A stretch of 64,000 nucleotides of DNA, taken from assembly GCA_051294375.1 (NCBI GenBank), contig CM119264.1:9745907-9809906 (forward strand), in the 5' to 3' direction. Shown piece after piece: positions 11,669 through 25,117 of the stretch. The notes under the pieces are model-generated. The model saw nothing but the letters and a program-made list of their open reading frames with translations, made no database searches and had not been told where the DNA came from. Position numbers and translations under genes: made by a program. Each line of letters begins with the position of its first letter. Position 1 is the stretch's first letter. This DNA comes from Paraspadella gotoi (Eukaryota; Animalia; Chaetognatha).

Positions 11669-13442
11669 AACTCACAATTGATGGCAACTAACATTTTCAA
11701 AATATATACATGATACATTCGAGTAAAATAACAACTATCACTTAATAATACTAAAAAATATTAAAACAGCATCTTACTGCTTAATAAACACTAAATTTTT
11801 TGGTTCTGTGATGAACACTAAATTACAAATAATATTGTATATAATGTACTAAAAAATTGTTTTTAAATATGCTATTTTGCTTACTTCTGCTTCACAATAA
11901 ACAGCAGTTAAACTTTATTTAGATTTCTTCTAGATTCAATCAAGTAAAGTAGAAAAAAATTGGTTGTTTCAAATTGCATAGATATGTAAGTTGCATCGTA
12001 CCTAAGCTCGTTTAAATGATTACTGATCGATTGAAAAAAGGGCAAACACAGACCACAAACCAGGGAGTCCAACTAAACCAAAAAACGAGTACCAATTACA
12101 TCCGGAAGACTTCACTCATCACAGTTCGATGAGCACGCACGAATTCCTTAATGTTTAGAGCGTTGATGCATCTTTAAAGGAATATTTGTCCGTCTAATTA
12201 ATTGTTTCATATTTTTTAACCATTGAAGTTTGAGAGTTTGAAGAACTAATTAAGTCTAAGTTTGATTTGATTTTTCCTCAAATGGTTTAAAAGTGAAGAA
12301 AAATAGCAAGAACGAAAGGGCTCAAGTTTGATGCGAAGTGCTCAGTGCTCACGTTTTCCTTGCCTTTTTTCCCCCCGAGTTCCATCGCTTCTAATTAAAT
12401 CTAATTCAAAAAGCCTAAACCGAAAAGAAAAAATAAAGATAAGAACGTGCTTCCGTTTTTCTTGGGGAAAAAAATTCATTTAAATGTTCTTTATATGAGT
12501 AATAAAAATTAATTTCTGGGTTTGACAAGAAATGTTCAATCAAGTCCTCAGTGATACTTTTAAAGACGCTGATATCAAGAACCGAGGAAGTGGTAAGGAA
12601 ATCCTTTATGCGGGAGTTTGGATTGTCGGTCCATGGTCCGATATCAAAAGTATTGGACATAACATTTTAGACATTAAATTTTTTCCATAATGTTCGGTTA
12701 TAAATTTTATTTTCTTATATCACTCAACTTATTTTTATAAATAGAATTCTAAAATAATTTATTTTGTAATACAGTGGTGGATTACGAAGTGGCTCCGGAT
12801 TTATTTTTAAGGGACTCTCGCGGCCTTGAAACTTTCGAACAAGTCAAAAAACGGCAAAGTGAGCTTTGAGCAAGTACTTCATCGACACCTATGTAATACA
12901 AATTTTAATATCTATTATTATAGAAGCCAAATTAACGAGATAAAATGTAGTTAATTGTTATATTTATTAAATAAACCAGTTTGTCTTACATACATTACAT
13001 ATATCACTAAGTAATCAACGCAAGAGTTTGGGCGGGTCCCTCTCCGTCGTCCCCTTCGTCTCGGCGGAATTGACGCACAATTCCGGCGCCATCAACCGGA
13101 TTCGTCACGAGGCGATCGTCACCAACGCTTACGTCAACCATCTGCAGAAAAGAATGAGACGGACTTTAAAAGCAAGAGGTTTAAAAGACAGAATGAATGC
13201 ATCATAATATTGAAGTTAGGTTAATCGTGTAATCCACTGTGGATTTAAAGACGAACTCTTTCAATCTTGTTTCGCAGCAACATGCTCAGATTTGAAGCGT
13301 TGCAACTCATAAAAGACAAAACGTCACGCCTCCGCCAGAGCCATGATCCCTAATTTCAATTTGAAGGTAAGTTTTTTCATATTATAAATAAACCCAAAAA
13401 ATTAGGACGCTAATTTTCTCTTAACCGTCGCCGCCATTTAAG

Positions 13443-13935
13443 GACGGTTCGCGTCCCCGACCACGCCCGCGCTCTTTGGCGTCCGACGGCGCCGACCCGA
13501 ACTCTCCGCCGACCCCGCCGTACATCTCGCCGACGCCGGGAGCGCCGGGGTCGCCGGGCTCGCGGAACCATCGCCGTGCCGAGCCTCTTTGGAATACAAG
13601 GTTCCCTTACAAAGGGCCGACGAGCAAGAGAGACAAGGAGTCCGAGCAAGCGGCGGAAAAGTAGGTCTCGAGGTCGTTTTCTCTTTTAATTTAAATCTTT
13701 TCTGCTGTTTTGTATCATTAATTAAATATCAATACTTTCGTTCGTTGCGATTATATATTCGAAGAGAAAACAAAGTTTTGTAAACAAACAACGATTCGTT
13801 ATTTTTTTTCCAAAGAAAAACAAATCGTCGTTTGTTAACAAAACATTATTTTCTCTTAGAATATCAATAATTCAACAATTTTTCTCTTTTTTATAACTTT
13901 TTTTAATCGTTGTTTCGCTTCTTTCTCTTAAAGTT

Positions 13936-14023
<88 letters not shown>

Positions 14024-15312
14024 TTTTTCTTTTCTATTTCTTTCTATCATCCTTTTTTCCTAATTCCATTTTTTCTTCCTCCCTTTCTCTCTTCCTCTTT
14101 TCTTTCCATTTCATCATCCTTTTTTCCTAATTCCATTTTTTCTTCCTCCCTTTCTCTCTTCCTCTTTTCTTTCCATTTCATAATCCTTTTTTCCTAATTC
14201 CATTTTTTCTTCCTCCCTTTCTCTCTTCCTCTTTTCCTTCCTTTTCATCATCCTTTTTTCCTAATTCTATTTTTTTTCCTCCCTTTCTCTCTTCCTCTTT
14301 TCCTTCCATTTCATCATCCTTTTTTCCTAATTTCACTTTTTTCTTCTTCTCTTCTCCTTTCCTTCCATGCAGAGAGCTCAACCGTTCTGAGGGCGCCAAG
14401 CCCGCTCCTCTCTTCTCCCGACGCTCCGGACTCCCGGACGTCAACGCCGGTCCGGAGAAGATTCATCCCCTGCAGCTACAACTGCAGCAGCAGAAGCAGC
14501 AGTCCCAGTCTTGGGAAGAGACCCAGCGACAACAACGGTATCAGCAGCAGCGACCGCAGCATCCGACGACGCCGTCTCCATCGCCCGCTGAGTCTCCGAG
14601 AGTCAAAGTCCTGCCTCCCTTTGGTGGAGGGGGAAGAGGAGAAAGTGAGAGAAAAACTTCAAGAGTATAGATTTTAAGACATACTTAAATAACGAAAATT
14701 CGCCCGATTTTTATGTGCAAGTACTAAAAATAACATCTTTCAAATAATATTTCGCAAGATAAACAAAGCCCGTTTTTACTCCCAGGCCTCGAATCCCCAA
14801 TCCTTTCTCGCTCCGACTCGCGACCCCGACTGGACTCGTTCCTGGAACCTTCCTCGCCGACGCCGCGACTCTTGACCGTGGGTTCGCCCCGAGTTGAGCC
14901 CAAAGCTCGAATGCCCCGTCAGCTTTCGGCGAGCGAGCCTCGAGGTCCGCGCCCGATCGGGCGAGAATCCCTCGACAACATTCTCGATCGTCTCAGCAAC
15001 TACGACATTGGAGACAAGAAGGGCGCCAAGGGAAGAGGCGGCGACGCCGGAGAGAAAAAGGGCGCCGATCGCGAGAGCGATGGAGTCGGGGGTCTGAAAG
15101 GGAGCGCCGCTTCCCGAGGCGGGAGAAAGAAGGAGAAGAAGGTGACGATACTGGAGGCCGACGACGACCTCGATTACGACGACGATCACGACGACGACGA
15201 CGCCGACGATGAGGGCGACCCTGTTGGCGCGGCGTCGGGTGGCGTTGGCGTCGGAAAAGTCCGAACGAAGAAGAAAGAAAAAAGGAGGCAGATGGAGAAC
15301 GAAGACTTTTAA
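13443..15312 (+). CDS. Uncharacterised Pro/Ser/Gln-rich, acidic/basic low-complexity protein; last three exons 13443-13660, 14373-14644, 14786-15312 (probable further exons at ~13012-13179 and ~13278-13366)
   Basis: GC-rich open exons bounded by ag/gt with matching phases (AA|A, A|GC), ending ..DDDLDYDDDHDDDDADDE..KKKEKRRQMENEDF*. No recognisable domain. Confidence 0.7.
13934..14340. repeat. (CTTT)n microsatellite followed by a ~67-bp pyrimidine-rich minisatellite (~4.5 copies), intronic
   Basis: Unit tcatcctttttcctaattccattttttcttcctccctttctctcttcctcttttctttccatttca starts at ~14047, 14114, 14181, 14247 and 14314. Confidence 0.85.
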
Positions 15313-16607
15313 ACGTTTGTTTAATGCATTTTTGTCTACGTCTCGTATTGATAAAGAGTCTAACAAATGTTTTAGGGATACGTATATTATAGGGATTGCC
15401 TTTAGATTTAACAATAAAAATAAGTATCCCCACCTACATAAAACTTTTTAAAAAATTATGTAATGAAAAAATCGACATGCACTAAAAATTGACTTCTTAA
15501 TGGTTACAGAGTCTACAGATCTGTGCAAAAAAAAAATCTTCAAACTTAAATTGCATAATATAAAAAATTATGAATGGTAAATGTAGATTTTGTAATGGGA
15601 AATCCATTCGTGTAAGTTCGAAGAAAATCCGTCCAAGCATTCAAGAAGTCAAAGTCAAGTGGTCAAAAATAAAATGGGAAAAAACAATTTTTGAAAATCT
15701 GCCAAAAACCGAGGACACTTTTTAGCCTTAATTTACGGGCATTATATTTATGTTTTCTAAAAAAAATAAAAAATCACTGCTTTAAAACGGATAGCCACTT
15801 ATTAACCATTAACCACCAATATCATTCACTTATAATATCTTTTAATTTAAAGGAATCTAACTTGATTTATTTTCAAACTGTTTTTAGGTATCTTCTTTTT
15901 GTTGCACAGGTCTGCGGTTAAATTGTTTTCTACCCTTTTTCTTTTTCTTTAAATTTTAATTTATTAGGTACACATTAGTTATTTAATACTACAGTAATAT
16001 TATAGTAGATTTCATAATATAAGCATGATATACCGCATGATATACATCTTTTTTCTGTTCTCCGTAAAAGTCTTTATCGGTAAAATTCATGAACTTTTAC
16101 TGACAGAAAAAAAAATTGTTAACTTTGTTAGTTTGTCGACGAAAAACTGGATTTTCTAACAGGCTGAAAAAAATTTTATTAATTTTTAAATTTTTTGAAA
16201 TTAAAAAAAATTCTAGGACTCAATTAAACATACACGCAAATGAATTAATCTATAAAAGGATCCCAACATTATTTTGAGCCGAAGATAATACTATCAATTT
16301 ATAAAAGAGTGTGGGTTCCTTTAACATTCAACATTCATCGCGCTCGGTAATAAAAAAAACCCCAAAAAACCGCCATTATGTCAAGGCCAAACAGCGATAT
16401 GAGTTAGTCAATCGCTCTTAACGAAATCGATGAAACCGGCCTTGAAAATTTCAAGGTCGCTTCTGCGACGAATCGAACAAGTCACTCGTCCAGTTTTAAA
16501 GGGAAAAAAATTAAAACATTAAGCGTTGATAAGTTTTACAAGCGTTTCTCTTTTTTTTTTTTTGGTATTAATTTAAAATACCTTAAACTAAATAAAACAA
16601 ACGTAGA

Positions 16608-19263
16608 ATGTCGGAAAAACGGCGGCGTGGTATAGCGAAAGTGGAGTGGGCGGAGGAATCGCGTCTCTTTACCGAAATCGAACCGACGGTGGAAGTGATC
16701 GTCGACTCCGCGGCCAAGTCCGAAGAGGAGGACGAACTGATCGAACCACGCCCGTCTCTGTGGTCACTTTCGGCGCGACCACTGGAGACCAAACTCTCCA
16801 CAAACTCCTCGTTGGCCCACCTGTTCAAGGCCTTCATCGGCACCGGGAACTTGGCGCTGCCATATGCCGTCGCTGACACGGGTCTGATCGTAGCGATCAT
16901 TGGGATCCCGGCTTGCGGTGCCATGTTCGTCTACTGCACGCATTGCTTGATTTCCGCCTCGAGGTCTCTGTTGTAATGTTGAAAAAAAAGTGTTAAAAAT
17001 ATTTTTTTTAATACTTTTTTTTATTTTTGTTTTTCACAGGCTCTACTGCAAATTCACGGGCCGTGAAAAAATGGATTTCGGATATACACTTCAATTTGCT
17101 TTCGAATATGGTCCCAAGAGATGTCAATGGCTTTCTAAATTTGCGAAAAAATTCATGAATACCATCATATTGTTACAGCAAATAGGCTATCTTATAGTTT
17201 TCTTCGTTTTCATTGGTAATTAATTACTTATAAGAAAAAAAAAAACATTGTAAGAAAAGCGTTCATCATTTCTTTTAACTATCCAAATTCAGGAGTTAAC
17301 CTTCAGCAAGTCATAAACATCAATTGGCCAGTGCAGGTACTAACAATATCTCTAAATCAAATATTCATTATTATAAAAAAAATTGCAATGGGTATTTGGT
17401 GAAATGAGGTAATTTATTTTCATAAGAATTCTCTCGGTGATTTTATATTTTTTTTAGCCTGTCCAAAATCAGGGGCCAGATAGCCTATTTATTAAATGAT
17501 GGATAATATTTATATTAGTTGTACCAATTTTATATCTTTTTAATTATTAACTAGACATCCACAATCAATAAAATACATAACTTATTTTTCCCATTAAAGC
17601 CTTTTTTTCTCCCAATCCCAAGATCTACATCGCCATGACTCTGCCTTTTCTCATTTTTGTCAACTTGATCCGTAACGTGGAAGTGTTGGCGTTGGTTTCT
17701 GGCCTTGGCATAATTGTCAAGCTCATCGGAACTGCCATCATCTTTGTTTATCTGTTGGAGAAGTTTTTGCCGGTCAGCGAGTTGGTGTTGCTGGCAGACG
17801 ACCCACTCAAGTATCCCATTTTCTTCTGCACGCTCGTATTCGCTTTCGAAGGTTTGTACGGAGCTCTTGTGGCCTCTTTGAATAGACTTAGCGTCGTTAA
17901 CTAGAGTATTGTTCTTCCTAATACATAGTCGTATCGGAAACAAATCCTATTTTGAACAGGCGGTTCAAAATAGTAAAAACTCTTGGTTGGCTAAATAGAA
18001 ATGTTTTAAATGTTTTAAATATTTCTTGCAAGTCGTCATAAATATGATCCAAATTCTTTTCATCAGGCATCGGCGTCGTTCTTCCCCTAGAAAACAAAAT
18101 GTTGGAACCGGAAGAAATGACGTCACGATTCGGCGTCATCAACATTGGTCTCAGTCTCGTCACAATTTTTTACTTTGCCATCACCTTCTACGGGAATTTG
18201 AGAGTCGGACAACAGGCCTTGGGAGTGATCACTCTTAATCTACCTGACGTGCCTATGTACAGCGCGTAAGTAGTTAAATTTTCAAAATGAGATTTATTGG
18301 AAATCATAAATTAAACCCGCACCATCTATTTCATTAGCGCCCTAATTTTTTTCAGCCTAAAAGTCATCTTCTCTGTGATGACGGTCGCCTCCTACGCCGT
18401 CCAGTTCTTCGTCTCCCACGAGATTCTTTTCGGTCGCATCAGGAAGTGGATCCCCAACGAGAGACACATCGACGTCTGGGATTATGTCGTCAGGATCTTC
18501 GTCGTCGTCTTCACCGCCGGCGTCGCTGCCATATTTCCCTTTATTGGTGAGGCTGATTTTTTGAAACTTAGTGTAAGGCTTTCAGCTGCTTTCACTCCTG
18601 TACAGTATATACGCGTCCTAGTAAGTTCTTTCAAGTTTCGAAAACAACAACAAACAAAACTTTGAAAAGATCATTGATGGACCGAAGCAACAAAACCCAT
18701 ATCATTACCTAAAGAATCTAACGATGCATACCGGAGCGACCAAAACATTCTTAATAATTTACGAACGATGACCGTGAATTTATTTACAAGTTATTAAAGA
18801 AGAACAACATAATATAAATATCAGTAATTAAAAGTTAAAAACACATTTCAGATTATTAATAGCTTTCCTATTCTCTTTAAATCAGGACCCTTCATCTCAT
18901 TGGTCGGCGGCTTCATCAGCGTCCCTATCTCCGTCACTCTCCCGGTCATCATCGACATGTTGCGAAGAATTCCAAGGTTAAATGACTGCAGCATATTAAT
19001 ATTGAAGAATAAATTTCAACTCATGACATAAACAGCTAATTTATTGACGCTTTTCCCCGCCTTAAATCCCCCGCTTCCCTTCCCTGCTTTCCACGTTCTC
19101 CTACCCCTCCCCCCCTCTCAGGCCCGAGGAAGCCGGGCGATGGTACTGGCGTCTCTGGCTGGACGGTTTCCTTCTCGCGATCAGCGTCTACGCGATGCTC
19201 GTCGGAACCATCTTCTCCGTCAAAGAAATCGCACTTGCGAGTGACAAGTCCAAGATCTTCTGA
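16608..19263 (+). CDS. SLC36A: SLC36/pathetic-like proton-coupled amino-acid transporter, 8 exons (approx. 16608-16963, 17040-17215, 17293-17336, 17623-17851, 18068-18266, 18356-18547, 18886-18976, 19121-19263)
   Basis: Motifs [94 protein letters not shown] and terminal ..DKSKIF*. Canonical splice sites. Confidence 0.93.
17457..17535 (+). mobile_element. ~80-bp dispersed repeat family (copies also at 33180-33245 -, 38130-38200 +, 55929-56008 +, 63705-63762 -)
   Basis: Shared core gcctgtcc...gatagc.tatt.attaaatga.tggataat.tt.atatt.gttgt.c.aa at all five positions. Confidence 0.7.
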
Positions 19264-20018
19264 ATCTTGTTGGCGGAGTGGCTAATTTCTCTTTGAATTT
19301 GGTGGCTTGGTAGTGTAGTCCTGACTAATGATCTCTTGCTTTACTGGCGGAATGATGACAGACAGACAAAACCGATAACGATATTACTAGGTACTACGGA
19401 GTTATGCTTTCATTCTTTCGTATTACTTGTTCCAGTTACTGTTGAATTTTACGTTAGCACTAACGCTTTATTTTAATAAATTATTATATCAATATAAAAA
19501 ACTATAGCTAAAAGTAAAATCAAAATTAAATAGGTAAAGTTTAAAAAGATACAATAAAAGATGGAAGGAGGCTTGCCAGCTAATCTGAAATAAAGTTATA
19601 AAAGTAACTAATTCATACCACGTAAAAGTTAATTTCTGCAAAAACTTGAATCTAGAATCTGCGACAGGAAAGAAAAGTTAAAAACTTTTGCTTCCTCGGT
19701 TAAAGTTGTTTTAAGTATTTAAAAGCATTACTCTCAATTAAGCTTTTTAAAAAATTGTGACGGGACATCGGGCATTTGGATTTAAAAAATTTTGCTCGAT
19801 AATTGAAACACAAACGCCCAGAAAAACATACGGGTTTTAACACTTAGCCTTGAAGTAAAGCGGTTATGATATTTTCGAATAATAAGATTTTCATTTCCGG
19901 ATATATAAACGAGTATAAAACGAATAACGATCGTTCTCGAGGACGACACAAATCATCTAACATCGTGTTCACGAATCGTGACTGGTCTCTGGACATGGAG
20001 AAAGAACTTCTCCTCTCG

Positions 20019-20049
<31 letters not shown>

Positions 20050-20487
20050 GTCATCTTCTTCTCTCTCTCTCTTATCTACTCTCTCTCTTTTTTTTCCTTG
20101 CTGGTTGCCGCAGTTCGGCTGATCGTCGTTGTCGTTAGTTTTTTCTTAAAATGTTTGTTCCTTCAACCTCGCTGACACCAAATACAGTAAAGAAAACAAA
20201 AATTTTTTCTTCAAGTAGAGGAAATTACATTTAAAGTTTATTTGTTCATAAAATTATAAGGGGAGGTCATCTCTTACAAAATTTTTATTCCATTTACACG
20301 TTTAAAATAATTGGGGAAGAGCAAATAATTTTCTATAAATACTTTAAACGTATAGAAACTCTTTTTTCGGGCTTACAAATTCGATTAAGCCTATTTGGAC
20401 GCCCAGCCTATGTAGATCTGAGGAAATGGAAGCGAGTGTCGGGCTGTTCCAAGGAATTTCGATGAAATTGTTTTTGATTTTCTTCAC

Positions 20488-21785
20488 CTGAACTGGAAAT
20501 CCGGGACTTATTGTTCTCCACACTGCCGAATATTGTCGCCTATTGTAATAGTAATATATATGAAATAGTTTTATTATTTATTATTATTATTATTCATTCT
20601 ATTATTTATGCGTATTAAACTATCTGACTTACCACTCTATAAAAACGTCCCTATATTATGAACTTAAATACTATAATTCTTATATTTGAAAAAACTTTTT
20701 GCGATGTACTAACCTATAAAATAAAGTAAGACACACAAAATGTTATTGCATATTCATTAACGACTGTTGCGAGAACTTTTTCGCATATTTGGAAAACGAT
20801 GGAAAATCTTTCTGGGGCCGAATCAAAATGCAAATATGCCAACGTTCCCGTAGTCCTCTCGTTCGACCATAAACTTGCAAACAATCAAACTAATCGTTGT
20901 TAAAACAATTAGCTGTTCCATTTCGGGCTAAATGGAACCAATGGAATGATTAAACTTCTCAATAGAACGGTTGGCGCAATACATACAATCAAAAATACAT
21001 ACAATACAATAGTTAAGATTCTCACCGCGACGTATCAAACAATTGACCGCAATAAAGCAGCAAAAAAGCGACGAATGGAATTCGAGAGCGGAGGGCGATT
21101 CCTCTTTGGCGACGGCGTAGGGCATCGCCAGATTGCAGGATAGCCACGATCATACAAGCGCACGNNNNNNNNNNNNNNNNNNNNNNNNNCAGTAAACTCT
21201 TGCAAACACATCTGAAACAATGCGTTGTTAAAACAATTAGCTGTTCCATTTCGGGCTAAATGAACCAATGGAATGATTTAACTTCTCAATAGAACTGTTG
21301 CGCAATACATACAATACAAAAATACAATACATACAATAGTTAAGATCTCACCGCGACCCGTGATCAAACAATTGACCGCAATAAAGCACAAAAAAGCGAC
21401 GAATGGAATTCGAAGCGGCGAGGGCGCGATTTCCCTTTGGCGACGGCGTAGGGCATCGCCAGATTGCCAGATGCCGATCATCCGCGAACGAATCGTGACG
21501 AGTGGTCACGTTTCGTCGGAAAGTTTCCGCGCCGGGGACGGGTCACGAGGCTTGGGCCATTCGGGGCGGAGGAGATGTTGGAGTCCACGGTCTTCGGAGA
21601 GCTCGCGTTGTGCGGGGCGGAGAGGGGTTTCCTTGGCCAACTTCCCACTCAGCAATGTTCAGTCTCCTTCTGGATGGGATTTGAATCTGCGGCGCCGGCG
21701 CCAGTTATTTTGTCGTTCGATGCGGAATAATCGGACCGGGTCGACGGGCGTCCTGAGAGGCGCGACCTTCGAGCGTTTCAGACAT
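20488..21785 (-). pseudogene. SLC36 paralog 2, exons 1-3 in inverted orientation with indels (exon1 ~21785-21352, exon2 ~20890-20714, exon3 20539-20488)
   Basis: Minus strand gives ATG at 21785, MIG(T)GNLAMPYAVAK..IPFVAFLCFIAVNCLI..R|gtgaga, then CKF.G...DYG...F.FGPERF..FSKYAKKF..YFIFIG|gttagt, then ag|GDNIRQ...PVQ|gtgaag. Same exon boundaries as exons 1-3 of the 16608 gene. Confidence 0.8.
20870..21480. repeat. ~310-bp tandem duplication spanning an N-run (20870-21164 vs 21190-21480)
   Basis: ttaaaacaattagctgttccatttcgggctaaatg at ~20900 and ~21228, and tttggcgacggcgtagggcatcgccagattgc at ~21105 and ~21436. Confidence 0.85.
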
Positions 21786-22163
21786 TTTTTTTTTCGTCCT
21801 CGTCGATCAGTTTTATTTCTTTTCTTTTCAAGTTCGGACTTCGTTTGCTTCTTTGAATAAACTGCCAGGGGGGCCGATACTTCTGTGCACATTTTCTTTC
21901 TCCGTTCCCGAACCTGTTTGTCCCGGTTTCTCTCTCTCGATGCGTTTCATTAACTGAAGCCAAGCGACTGTTAGGATCTTCGTTTTCTCACGGGTTTGCT
22001 AGACCCTCAGAATTTCTGCTATTTGACACTAAACCGATTAATCGTTAATTAAATATTAATTATTTCCTGGGGATCCACACTCTTAGATATAGTAAAAATA
22101 TGCGTTTCTGAGTTCTTTAAATTTCAGAGACAACTTCTTTGTACATTATTTGGATTAAAATAG

Positions 22164-23505
22164 ATCCGGAACAACCGCGGTCATCCTCCTCGTCAACTTC
22201 ATTCGCAACATCAGGGTCCTCTCCTACGTCTCCATCGTCGGAATCCTCGTCCAAATCCTCGGCACCATCATCGTCTACAGAGAGTTGATGGGAGAGTTCC
22301 AGCCCGTCTCCGAGTTGCATCTTATTAACAGAAATTACGGCGAAATTCCCGTCTTCCTCGGAACGGTCGTCATGGTTTTCGAAGGTTGGATGGAGGAGAA
22401 AGATATGTACTTGCTAGATTAGTTTATTGTGAGCGGCTTTTCAAAATCGCCAATTGAAAGACGATTCTCAATTCGAACGTACGTTCCCCGACTACAGGCA
22501 TCACCGTGGTGTTGCCGCTCGAAAACAAGATGGCGTCGCCGGAGGAAATGACGTCGCCTTTCGGAGTGCTCAACGTGGGCGTGGCGCTAATCACAATATT
22601 CCACACGGCCACCGCCTTTTTCGGTTACCTCAAATACGGCGACGACGCCAAGGGATCGATCACGCTCAATCTCCCGCACACTCCGTTGTACGCGAGGTGA
22701 GACAAAAAAAGAATATAATAGGGTTTTTTTTACGTATTTTTTTAATATAATTTTAATTTTGAGCTTCGCTGTTTGTCTGTTATTCCGTGAGTCAGAAGTT
22801 TCTTCTCTTTTTTCTATTATAAGTTAACGTGGCTGATAAGATTAAATAATTAATTATTTACACACTTTTTTTAGCCTGAAGGTGATCTTCGCTATCGTTG
22901 TGGTGACGTCCTTCGCCGTCCAGTATTTCGTCGCCCACGAGATTCTCTTCGGCCGCATCAAGAAGTGGATCGACGACGAGAGGGCGCACGACTTTTGGGA
23001 TTTTGTCGTCCGCGCCGTCGTCATCACCCTCGCCGCAACCCTCGCTGCCTCAGCCCCCTTTTTCGGTGATGTTTCTTTTTCCCTTTGGATACTCAAAAAT
23101 CCGCTTTAAGTAATATAATTATATATACGTTAGTCAATGACATTTAAAGGTGGGAAATGATTTAGGACTGCTAATGATTACAATATAAAGTAATGAAACG
23201 ATGAAATGTTCTTTTTTTTTTTTTTTCAGGCCATTCACCTCTTATGGAGCCTTGTTTAGCACCCCCATGGGACTTACCATTCCCGCATCATAGATCGTTG
23301 CAACGGATTCCCAGGTAAATGCATGATTATGTTTGTTTACAATTCCTTATAATATTAATATTGTTTTCTTCATCTGTTGTAGGCCAGGCGACTGGCCGAT
23401 ACAGTGGAGATTGTTTTGGGATATGTTATCATCGTCTTCAGCATCGTCGCCGCTGTACTGGGACGTGACTGCAATTCGGAGATGGTCTTGACCGACAAAG
23501 ATTGA
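22164..23505 (+). CDS. SLC36A: SLC36 paralog 2, exons 4-8 (~22164-22384, 22498-22696, 22875-23065, 23230-23314, 23383-23505); last two exons carry indels
   Basis: [108 protein letters not shown]. Intron positions identical to the 16608 gene. Confidence 0.85.
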
Positions 23506-24368
23506 ATTGTTTAACATAAAGTTTGATACCAATAAACTTTTTGAATCGTTATTTTATTCGAATTTATTCGTAAGTCCATTTCAGTAGGATCTTTTGTTCT
23601 TTTATTTAACTGTGCTCTGAGGTCCTCTATAATTTGATAAAAACTTTTTACCGTACTTAAATAACAAAAGTAACCTCGCAGAGAAAACTAATATATTTAC
23701 TGGTTAAAGTAATTTATAGTTCTTTACAAACAGTTTTAAATTAAAAAAATACGTTTGTCTAAACATATTTCTTTAAATCTCCTTCCCGGTTTAATTAAAT
23801 GCGTGATTATGTTGGGAAATAAAATAAATTCAGGGCGTTGGAGAAAAACTCAAAAAAACAAATAAAAAAATGTTTAAGGAGGTTAAAATAAGAATTAATT
23901 CAGAAAAAAAAAAAAAACCGCAAGAATAAAGAAATTGAAGCGAAGTCGGAAAGGGAAAGTTAAGGAAAGGATTTTCCCGCCTCGCTTTTCAGATCTGCAC
24001 CAGTTTTGACTCCGGGTCGCGCGCTCTCGAGCGGAATTTTTCTGCGCGCAAATTCACGGGGCATCAACACCTCCTCTCTCCTTCTCCTTTTTTTTTCTCT
24101 AGTTCTTTTCTCCTTCTTTCCTTTCCTCCTTTTCTCCTCTGTATCTTTGCAATTTTTTTTCTTTCCTTTTTGCCATTCCCTTCATATTAGTACTCCGCTC
24201 TATTTCTCTACTCTTCTACTTTTTTTGTATTTGTAGTTTTAGTTCGAATTTTTTCTTTTTTTATTTTTTTCTCTTAATTTTTTTTAATTTCTCTTCTTTT
24301 TCTTTTAAATCTTCTTCCATAAGTTACTTATCTCTCAAACCATTCAGATAAAACCTAACCTAGAATAT

Positions 24369-24464
<96 letters not shown>

Positions 24465-24582
24465 TATCTGGCTCGCATTGGCATTGTTTTAGGCTGCTAT
24501 TAATTGCCTATTAATAGTAGTTTTGTTTTTTCGACGAAGACGCCATCCGTTTTCCTCGAAAACTTGGCCGAGAATCACGACG

Positions 24583-24616
<34 letters not shown>

Positions 24617-25082
24617 AGGAGCGGTTAATTTGATATTTACGATCAGAGGAGCCAAGCAAGGCGTCAGCGGGGCGTGAGTAAGTATCACTATGGAAATGAA
24701 ATGGAGATGAAGCCGAAGAATATTTGGAGCTGGCATCGTGGGCGAGCTGATCGCATGAAATCTCTTGGCGAAGAGTTGGCAAAACTAACAAGATACTTGT
24801 TATTCCATTCAATAGTTCAAGATTATAATTACGTTAGTATTTTGTTTCTTATTTTTACGATTAGTATGATTCTTTTCATCCTATATGAATTTTGAAACAA
24901 TACTAAAATAGTACAAGATTTTGTCGATATCTTTTACGCAATCATAGTGCTTCAGAAGCGACAACGCTCACCGCAACGATTGGTGACAACTGACGCGCTC
25001 TTTGGAATCTAAAACGGCGCTGTCCCGTCGGAGATTCGAAGACGAGAACCCAGGACATAAATCAAAGACAACACGAATCGGT

Positions 25083-25117
<35 letters not shown>

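Noticed and set aside
14776-15433. 212-aa and 146-aa minus-strand ORFs
   Set aside because: Antisense shadows of a GC-rich plus-strand exon that has proper splice sites. Similar shadows overlap TRPM (30371-33115) and SLC36 exons.
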